Shown here one piece after another: positions 48,252 through 55,612 of a stretch of 55,612 nt of DNA. The notes beneath the pieces were generated by a model. That model was not told the origin of the DNA. It saw nothing but the letters and a program-made list of their open reading frames with translations, and ran no database searches. Location: the sequence record SRR31156797_8891; one strand, given 5' to 3'. The position numbers and the translations under genes are program-made. How positions within the stretch are numbered: the first letter of the stretch is position 1; each line of letters opens with the position of its first letter.

Positions 48252-50936
48252 ATGGGAAAAATTGCTCTTATCACAACGCTCCTTCTGCAGATACTTCTCT
48301 GTACATGTTTTTCGGTACATGCCAAAGAAAAAAAGAATGTACTGTACCTTAACTCCTATCATTATGGTTATCGTTGGTCCGACAAACTCTTAGAAGGTAT
48401 CCGTTCCATATTTGACGAAAGTGCATATAAAGTGGACCTTCAGATAGAGTACATGGATACAAAGAAGTATAAATATGAGTATATCAGCAGTCGTTTGCTG
48501 ACCCTGTATAGGGAAAAATTCAAGAACGAATATTTTGAAGCCATTATCGTCTCGGATAATGATGCGCTTAACTTTATTCAACGCTACCGGGAAACTCTGT
48601 TTGGTGATGTCCCTGTTGTTTTTTGCGGGATTAATGACATTGCTTCGGTTGAGCTTTCCAGTGGAACTATTACCGGGGTTGTAGAGAGTTTTGATTTAAT
48701 CTCAACCATTAACGTGGCACGACGCTTTCATCCTGAAAAACGCAGAATGATTTTTATTGGTGATCAGGCAACGGCAGGCGGAAGAGCCATTAAACGTCAG
48801 ATAAGTGGTCAGTTGGCCACTTATGACAAAGATCTTCTTGTTGAATTTTGGTCCCAGCTTACTCTTAACGAGACCCTGGAACGTGTTGAGAATTTACCTG
48901 AAGATACTTTCCTGTTTTTTAGCCCCTGGTATCAAACTGTCCAGGATAAATTCTATACAACAGAAGAGGTTATGGAAGCAATTTATGCCCACTCTTCTGT
49001 TCCCATTTACACTGCATGGGAGTTTCTGCTCGGGCATGGTGCTGTTGGTGGTCGACTGCTTTCTGGTTTTAAGCACGGGCAGGCTGGTGCCAGAATGGTC
49101 CTGCGTATTTTGCAAGGTGAACCGGTTGAGACCATCCCTGTTGTTTATGACTCACCAGCAGAATATATGTTTGATTACCCTGTTATGACGCGATTACAGG
49201 TAGATAGAGAGTTACTCCCGGATTCGTCAATAGTGATCAATACTCCAAAAGCCTTTTATGAGCTGCCCAAGGAACTTTTCTGGACAATCATGGTGAGTTT
49301 TATTCTTTTATTCATCGCCTTGATCTCCCTGGGGACTACCATGATCAGTCGTCGAAAGATAGAACGTAAGGTAATAGAGCAGCTCTCTTTTCAGGGAACA
49401 CTTATGGATACTCTTCCCCAGCTTGTTTCATGGAAAGATACCACCGGTAACTATCTTGGTGCGAATCGGACCTTTATGGAGTTTTTTGGTATTGATGACT
49501 TTGAAGCCATGGTTGGAAAAACAACCAGAGATGTAGTGGACGATGATACCTATGTCCAGTGGTCAGCCAGTGTGGATACTGCCGTCGTCAGTGACCTGGA
49601 AGTATTTCTCAAGGTGCGGAGAAAGATCATTCAACTGGATGGTACTCATAATTGGCTTGAAGTCAACAAAGTACCGTTAATTGACCAAATGGGACGTATT
49701 GTCGGTATACTCAGTACTGCAGAAAACGTAACAAAGGAATACAACCTGGAAAAACAGCTTTTGCAGTCACAGAAGTTGGAAGCTATAGGTACTTTGGCTG
49801 GCGGAATTGCCCATGATTTTAACAATATTCTCACATCAATAATCAACTCCACTGAACTGGCAATTGACGATGTGCAGGCAGAGTCACAAACAGCCAAAGA
49901 CCTGCGGCGGGTTCTCAAGGCTGCCAGACGGGGAGCCGGAGTGGTAAAACAGATTCTTTCCTTTAGCAGACCCTCCAAAGGGAAATTCAGGGCCACTGAT
50001 ATTGGTGTGGTGGTTAAGGAGGTCTTAAGTTTAATGGATGTATCCTTACCCGCAACAATTTCTGTTAAAGCTAAAGTAGATACACCGAATATGTTTGTTA
50101 ATGCGGATCCGAGCCAGATCCATCAAGTTGTTCTCAATCTCTGCACCAATGCTTTCCACTCCCTTCGCGATAAAGGTGGACGACTCGAGGTTCAGGTAAA
50201 TGAGGAGGTTATAAATGATGAAAGAGCTGCTGTTCTCAATATTGTACCGGGAAAATATGTCTCAATCAAAGTAGGAGACAACGGTCCAGGTATCAATCCC
50301 GATATTCAGGATAAAATTTTTGATCCATTTTTCACTACCAAGGATATCACGGATGGAACCGGGCTGGGGCTAGCCGTGGTTCTTGGAATAGTAAAAGGAC
50401 ACCATGGAGGAATAGAGGTGCAAAGCGATCTTGGTAAAGGCACTGTTATTACCGTCTATCTTCCTCATAGTGATAAGCCGTTTGTATTTACCGATACAAA
50501 AAGGATGTCTTCTGTAGCTGGTCAAATATCCATTCTTTTTGTTGAAGACGACGAAGATCAGTTGAATACCACCCCCCGGATTTTGGCGGACATGGGACAT
50601 AGGATTGAGGCTGTACGAAATCCACTCACCGCCTTGGAGATGGTCAAAAGGGATCCTAAGTGGTTTGATTTGATTATTTCCGATTATGATATGCCTAAAA
50701 TGAGCGGTATTGAACTGGCGACAGCTTTGCATTTTTTACCTGTGATTCTTGTTTCCGGAAGAGAGGATGCTGTCGCTGCAGCAGCAACATGTAGTAATAT
50801 CGTTGCTGTTCTTGTGAAACCCTATGACAGAAATGATTTACATAAAACCATTACTGCTGTGACCGTTCAGGCTGGTCAGCAAATCGATGTACAGTCCCGC
50901 GACCTGCTGGTGAATATAGGGGACACTGCACAATGA
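48252..50936 (+). CDS. Hybrid sensor histidine kinase (periplasmic SBP-like domain, TM, PAS, HisKA, HATPase, REC); LurS-like
   Basis: LNSYHYGYRWSD, GGIAHDFNNIL, NLCTNA, DNGPGI, FFTTK, GTGLGL, REC ISDYDMP. Confidence 0.92.
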   Translation: MGKIALITTLLLQILLCTCFSVHAKEKKNVLYLNSYHYGYRWSDKLLEGIRSIFDESAYKVDLQIEYMDTKKYKYEYISSRLLTLYREKFKNEYFEAIIVSDNDALNFIQRYRETLFGDVPVVFCGINDIASVELSSGTITGVVESFDLISTINVARRFHPEKRRMIFIGDQATAGGRAIKRQISGQLATYDKDLLVEFWSQLTLNETLERVENLPEDTFLFFSPWYQTVQDKFYTTEEVMEAIYAHSSVPIYTAWEFLLGHGAVGGRLLSGFKHGQAGARMVLRILQGEPVETIPVVYDSPAEYMFDYPVMTRLQVDRELLPDSSIVINTPKAFYELPKELFWTIMVSFILLFIALISLGTTMISRRKIERKVIEQLSFQGTLMDTLPQLVSWKDTTGNYLGANRTFMEFFGIDDFEAMVGKTTRDVVDDDTYVQWSASVDTAVVSDLEVFLKVRRKIIQLDGTHNWLEVNKVPLIDQMGRIVGILSTAENVTKEYNLEKQLLQSQKLEAIGTLAGGIAHDFNNILTSIINSTELAIDDVQAESQTAKDLRRVLKAARRGAGVVKQILSFSRPSKGKFRATDIGVVVKEVLSLMDVSLPATISVKAKVDTPNMFVNADPSQIHQVVLNLCTNAFHSLRDKGGRLEVQVNEEVINDERAAVLNIVPGKYVSIKVGDNGPGINPDIQDKIFDPFFTTKDITDGTGLGLAVVLGIVKGHHGGIEVQSDLGKGTVITVYLPHSDKPFVFTDTKRMSSVAGQISILFVEDDEDQLNTTPRILADMGHRIEAVRNPLTALEMVKRDPKWFDLIISDYDMPKMSGIELATALHFLPVILVSGREDAVAAAATCSNIVAVLVKPYDRNDLHKTITAVTVQAGQQIDVQSRDLLVNIGDTAQ

Positions 50937-51024
50937 GTTGCGTTTTGCAGGTAAACCTGTAGGCTCGGTTTTTGGCGGATTAGTTTTTTATTGCCTTATT
51001 CCCCCTTACCAGGAATGTTTTGTA

Positions 51025-52467
51025 ATGGAACACATGCTCATTATCGACGACGATAAGGAAACTTGCGAAACCATGGAGAGTCTGATTTCCAGGCTTGGCT
51101 ACCAGTGCGACATGGCCCATGATTTAAAGACAGGTTTGTCTTTGATGGGGCAGCATAGTTATGACGTTCTTTTTCTCGATGTGTGTCTCCCTGATGGTAA
51201 TGGTTTAGAGATTTTACCTGATATAATGGCGAAGCCGGAACCACCGGAGGTGGTCATCCTAACAGGGAGAGGAGATCCTGATGGAGCAGAACTCGCCATT
51301 AAAGGCGGTGTGTGGGATTATCTGCTTAAACCATCCAGCGTGAAGGAGATACGGCTTACCCTGGATAGGGCGCTTAAGTATCACAAAGAGAAAAAGACAC
51401 GAACTGAACAGGGAAAACTGGAATTTAACCAGGTGGTTGGTAAAAGCCAGAGGATACAGGCGAGTTTGCAACTGACCGCCAAGGCTGCCCGTTCAGATGC
51501 CAATGTCCTTGTCACTGGTGAAACCGGGACCGGCAAGGAACTCTTTGCTTCCACTATCCATGAGAACAGCAAACGGGCATCGGGCCAGTTTGTTGTGGTT
51601 GATTGTGCCTCGCTCACAGAATCACTGGTAGAGTCGACACTCTTTGGTTATCGCAAAGGTGCCTTTACCGGAGCTCACTCAGATCGAGCAGGTCTAATCA
51701 AGCTGGCCGATGGTGGCACCCTTTTTTTGGACGAGGTGGGCGAGATGCCGCTTTCGATTCAAAAGGTTTTTTTGCGGGTGCTGCAGGAACAGCATTTTCG
51801 GCCGGTTGGCGATAACCAGCAATTGTCCAGCAATTTTCGCCTTATTGCCGCCACCAACCGTGATCTTGATGCAATGGTAGAGCAGGGGACTTTTCGTCGC
51901 GATCTCCTCTTTCGTATCAAGACCATACGTATTCACCTTCCATCGTTACGCAATCGAACTGAAGATATTGAAGATCTGTTGTATGCCCGCATGGAACATC
52001 TCGGTAAGCAATTCGGCCTGTCTCCGAAAAGTTTGGGCGAGGATTTTCTGGAGACCCTTTTAAGATATACCTGGCCAGGAAACGTGAGAGAGCTTTTTAA
52101 TATCCTGGAAAGGGCAATGATAGATGCTGGTGAGGAAGATAGCCTTTATGCCGTACATTTATCACGCGATCTTCGTATAAAAGTGGCTAAATCTCAAATA
52201 CAACAAATGACTGGTTCCGGGGAACTGAGTGAGCCGGATGACCGCACTGGCAATGATGGTGTCCTGAAAATAGGACAACGGATATTTGAAGATATCTTTG
52301 ACAGTCCTCTGCCGTCTCTCAAAGAGTTCAAAGGGACTGCCGAGAAAGTTTATCTGAGTGAGCTGGTCCGTCAATGTGATGGTAATGTATCACAAATATT
52401 AAAAAAGTCTGGTTTGTCCAGATCGCATTTTTACCTTCTCATGAAAAAAAACAGCCTGACTTTGTGA
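51025..52467 (+). CDS. Sigma54-dependent response regulator (REC, AAA+, HTH); LurR-like
   Basis: From MEHMLIIDDD: LDVCLPDG, GETGTGKE, GAFTGA, LFLDEVGE, WPGNVREL. Confidence 0.93.
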   Translation: MEHMLIIDDDKETCETMESLISRLGYQCDMAHDLKTGLSLMGQHSYDVLFLDVCLPDGNGLEILPDIMAKPEPPEVVILTGRGDPDGAELAIKGGVWDYLLKPSSVKEIRLTLDRALKYHKEKKTRTEQGKLEFNQVVGKSQRIQASLQLTAKAARSDANVLVTGETGTGKELFASTIHENSKRASGQFVVVDCASLTESLVESTLFGYRKGAFTGAHSDRAGLIKLADGGTLFLDEVGEMPLSIQKVFLRVLQEQHFRPVGDNQQLSSNFRLIAATNRDLDAMVEQGTFRRDLLFRIKTIRIHLPSLRNRTEDIEDLLYARMEHLGKQFGLSPKSLGEDFLETLLRYTWPGNVRELFNILERAMIDAGEEDSLYAVHLSRDLRIKVAKSQIQQMTGSGELSEPDDRTGNDGVLKIGQRIFEDIFDSPLPSLKEFKGTAEKVYLSELVRQCDGNVSQILKKSGLSRSHFYLLMKKNSLTL

Positions 52468-52762
52468 GAGGGTAGGAGGCAGCCCAAAAAATAGTTTTTT
52501 TTACTTAAAAACGCATTGATAGCCAATTGCGTTTTTCACGGTGCGGTCAATCATTACTTTTACTGAATACCTCCAATGCTCGCCAATTCTCAACCTATGC
52601 ATACAGGAGATTGGTTTTTTTCTCTTTTAACCCTGCGAGACTGATCGAGGTCTACGCTATCTTTGTACTGAGAAATTTAACCTGTCTTCCGAAGCTAAAA
52701 AATGGTTGATATTCAAGGGTAATCAGATTCATTTTTAGTCTTTGTTGTAGTCCCTCCCTCCT

Positions 52763-52947
52763 GTCCTGTTTTTAGGATAACCTGTTGCCTTTGCTGTTTT
52801 CAAGAAGAGACACTCTTCTTTTGTTTGCTTTTTAAGTGTGTACTAACAGTAGCTTATGTGTCCGTAGTGAGCTGGCGCTCTTGGAGTGTTACCTGTTGGA
52901 CATACTGTTTTGCCAAAACTACCTCGCTTGAATCTTTTTTTTCAGAC
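52763..52947. promoter_or_regulatory. Two 16-bp candidate enhancer sites upstream of the lactate permease
   Basis: GTCCTGTTTTTAGGAT (52763) and ATCTTTTTTTTCAGAC (52932). Confidence 0.55.
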
Positions 52948-53033
52948 TTTGCAGCGGTTGTAATTAGTAGGTTTAGCCGGCTATTGTGTATGTAAGTTGC
53001 AGATTTTAAAGAATAAAATTCGGGATCTCTGGT

Positions 53034-53050
53034 TTGGCACAGTTAGTGCT
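53034..53050 (+). promoter_or_regulatory. Putative sigma54 promoter of the lldP-lutC operon
   Basis: TTGGCACAGTTAGTGCT = GG-N10-GC with a consensus -24 box. Confidence 0.75.
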
Positions 53051-53295
53051 ATTTAAGGGCAATGATACATAGAGAAGCAGGCTGGCTGTTCATCTGTTTC
53101 TTGTATACCCAAGGCGCCAGATGGGTCTGTGCTGCCACCGAAACATAACTATTTTTTGGAGGAAATTATGCATGAAAACAGGGTGGTATCGTTTGGTTCT
53201 GCCTGGTAGCCAACAGGGTGGAACCCGGCGTTGATGATTGGAAATATTCTTTAAAAAATTATGCTTAACCACAAATCCTATAAAGTGGGGAAAAC

Positions 53296-55008
53296 ATGCC
53301 TGTACAAATTTTAGCCCTTGTCGCAATTGTCCCGATAGCTCTAGCCTTAATCCTTATGGTCGGCCTCCGTTGGCCGGCAACAAAAGCAATGCCTGCTGCC
53401 TGGTTGTCTTGCGCGATCGGTGCAATGAGTATTTGGAAGCTTCCTGTCGCATATATCGCAGCCTTGACGACCCAGGGGGCTGTGACTGCACTCGGAATTT
53501 TGATTATTGTTTTTGGTGCGATTATTATTCTTTATACCCTGCAGTACAGCGGCGGCATGGAAACTATTCAATACGGCTTTCAAAATATCAGCCGTGATCG
53601 CCGTGTTCAAGTTCTTATCATTGGCTTTATGTTTCCTGCATTCATTGAAGGTGCAGCAGGTTTTGGTACGCCGGCAGCGCTAGCTGCACCGCTTCTTCTA
53701 AGCCTCGGTTTTCCTCCGCTGGCAGCCGTTATAATGTGTCTTGTCTATAATTCTTTTCCGGTAACCTTCGGTGCCGTGGGCACGCCTGTCATTCTAGGGT
53801 TTAAATATCTTACAGATCTCGTTGACACAGCTGTTGCCACTGGTGCTTCTGGGGTAAATTTCCATTCCATGGAATCTTTTAACAGTGTGGTAAGTCAATG
53901 GGCGACTCTGATGCATTTACCCATGATCTATATTCTGCCAATTTTTATGCTTGGCTTCATGACCAGATTTTTCGGTCAGAACCGTAAGTGGTCTGAAGGG
54001 TTCGGTGCATGGAAGTTCAGTTTGTTCGCATCTACAGCATTCTCTATTCCCTACCTCCTTACCGCATGGTTTGTCGGTCCCGAGTTCCCATCTCTCATCG
54101 GAGGTCTTGTCGGTCTCGCTATCATCATTGTAGGGGCGAAAAGAAATTTTTGTATACCCTCCACGATTTGGGATTTCGGCCCTGTTTCTGAATGGGAAAA
54201 AGAATGGACCGGTACCGTTAGCGCCGACAGCAACGGTGAGTTTAAGGCGCATATGAGTCAGTTTCGCGCATGGATTCCTTATATTCTCATCGGTTTTATT
54301 CTTGTTATCACTCGCATCCCTGATCTTGGCCTTAAATCAATGCTTGCTGGAGTCTCTGTTTCATTTACGAATATTCTCGGTTTTGAGGGTGTCAATGGTT
54401 CTATTAAATATCTTTACCTTCCGGGTACCATTCCCTTTGCTCTTGTTGCAATTATGACAATCTTTATACACAAGATGCCCATGGATAAAGCTGCAATGGC
54501 GTGGAAGGAAGCAATTGTAAAAATGAAGAGTCCGGCAATTGCCTTGTTCTTTTCGGTTGCCATCGTTTCCATTTTCCGCGGTTCCGGTGTTGCTGATGTT
54601 GCTCTAAATCCCAATGGATACCTCTCTATGCCTCTGGCCCTTGCACAAGCCGTTTCAAGTATTGCAGGACACACATGGCCTTTATGTGCCTCTTTTGTCG
54701 GTGGGCTCGGTTCTTTTATGACGGGTTCTAACACCGTTTCCGATCTTCTTTTTGCCGAGTTCCAATGGGGCGTAGCTGCTTCTCTTTCCCTGCCTCAGCA
54801 AATTATCGTTGCATCACAATCGGTTGGTGGCGCAATGGGCAATATGGTTTGTATCCACAACATTGTTGCGGCATGTGCCGTTGTAGGTCTTTCCGGCATG
54901 GAGGGGGCCATCCTCAGGCGTACAGTATGGCCTTTCCTGCTTTACGGTCTTGTTGTCGGTACAGTTACTGCCCTTATGGCTTTTGTTTTTTTGCCTCATC
55001 TCTTCTAG
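53296..55008 (+). CDS. lldP: Lactate permease (LctP family)
   Basis: [45 protein letters not shown]. Confidence 0.93.
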   Translation: MPVQILALVAIVPIALALILMVGLRWPATKAMPAAWLSCAIGAMSIWKLPVAYIAALTTQGAVTALGILIIVFGAIIILYTLQYSGGMETIQYGFQNISRDRRVQVLIIGFMFPAFIEGAAGFGTPAALAAPLLLSLGFPPLAAVIMCLVYNSFPVTFGAVGTPVILGFKYLTDLVDTAVATGASGVNFHSMESFNSVVSQWATLMHLPMIYILPIFMLGFMTRFFGQNRKWSEGFGAWKFSLFASTAFSIPYLLTAWFVGPEFPSLIGGLVGLAIIIVGAKRNFCIPSTIWDFGPVSEWEKEWTGTVSADSNGEFKAHMSQFRAWIPYILIGFILVITRIPDLGLKSMLAGVSVSFTNILGFEGVNGSIKYLYLPGTIPFALVAIMTIFIHKMPMDKAAMAWKEAIVKMKSPAIALFFSVAIVSIFRGSGVADVALNPNGYLSMPLALAQAVSSIAGHTWPLCASFVGGLGSFMTGSNTVSDLLFAEFQWGVAASLSLPQQIIVASQSVGGAMGNMVCIHNIVAACAVVGLSGMEGAILRRTVWPFLLYGLVVGTVTALMAFVFLPHLF

Positions 55009-55128
55009 GCACCCTTTAGCGTCTTCTAATTAAAGGGATGAGCTTTTAATTCCCTAATGGTTGGTTATGCGCCCCTAGCCACCAGTATGGAAGCAAGGGG
55101 AATGGATATTAAATAATGGAGTAGCTTT

Positions 55129-55612
55129 ATGACCACTATCACTCAACTCTCATGCTTTATAGAAGCTGCCCGTCGTGTTGGCACGGAAGTCATCCAAGTT
55201 GACAGTCTCCAGGATGCAGCTGCTTACATCGCTGAAAAAACCGAGGGGGCAGCACTGGTTCCTGAGACTTTGCTGACCTGTAAACATGAGTTGAAAATTC
55301 TTCTCGGAGCTGCAGGTGTAGATGTATACAAGGGCGATTTCCGAAAAGCGGGACATGTTCCGGCTGCCGGCGTCACCTTCAGTAATTTTGCCATGGCAGA
55401 TACTGGAACAGTAGTTCTTGAAAGCACTCTGGAGGACGTTCGGCTTGCCACGACCCTCCCTGAAATTCATTTTGTTCTGGTTGATCCGGAAACGATACTG
55501 GAAGACAACCTCGATGCCGTTAAACCGATGACTGAGATGCATAAGGGCTCAGAACCGAGGTTTGTTGCCTATATAACTGGCCCCAGCCGTACTGCCGATA
55601 TTGAGCGTGTGC
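55129..55612 (+). CDS. lutC: Lactate utilisation protein C (LutC/LldG, LUD domain), truncated by the window end
   Basis: Manual translation from ATG 55129 (GGAG RBS): MTTITQLSCF...AMADTGTVV...RLATTLPEIHF...ITGPSRTADIERV. Not in the ORF track. Confidence 0.9.
   Translation, partial: MTTITQLSCFIEAARRVGTEVIQVDSLQDAAAYIAEKTEGAALVPETLLTCKHELKILLGAAGVDVYKGDFRKAGHVPAAGVTFSNFAMADTGTVVLESTLEDVRLATTLPEIHFVLVDPETILEDNLDAVKPMTEMHKGSEPRFVAYITGPSRTADIERV

Noticed and set aside
16451-55542. Many antisense or out-of-frame ORFs (e.g. 19517-20059, 22685-23281, 33531-34043, 46040-46591, 55150-55542)
   Set aside because: They lie within well-supported genes and are shadow ORFs.
1-55612. CRISPR arrays, rRNA/tRNA genes, riboswitches, transposases, integrases, phage genes
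   Set aside because: None recognisable by eye; Rfam and tRNAscan runs would be needed to exclude small RNAs formally.

Overview
A 55.6-kb bacterial chromosomal window, probably from a sulfate-reducing Desulfobacterota (inferred from the lactate locus with a LurSR-like sigma54 two-component system). No rRNA, tRNA, CRISPR array or intact transposase was seen. In order: an FbpABC-type Fe3+ ABC importer, divergent from a His-rich Ni/Co-type permease and an AdcR-like MarR regulator; a partner-switching operon (PP2C phosphatase, ABC exporter with a large NBD insertion, RsbW-like kinase, STAS protein) next to a diguanylate cyclase; a low-GC DUF6492-like gene, a beta-barrel OMP and a MATE pump; and a ~22.5-kb all-minus-strand nitrogen block. 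That block holds a Zn-ribbon protein, a frameshifted nitrogenase-associated ArsC-family gene, a six-gene ATP-grasp/alpha-E/transglutaminase/DUF2126 peptide-ligase system, urtABCDE and ureDABCEFG. Next come an L,D-transpeptidase / Lpp-OprI-like lipoprotein / L,D-transpeptidase module and a lactate-oxidation locus (Dld-II-type dehydrogenase, ackA, collapsed pta pseudogene, hybrid kinase, sigma54 regulator, lactate permease, partial lutC). The best candidate for an uncharacterised system is the peptide-ligase/transglutaminase cluster embedded among nitrogen-scavenging genes.
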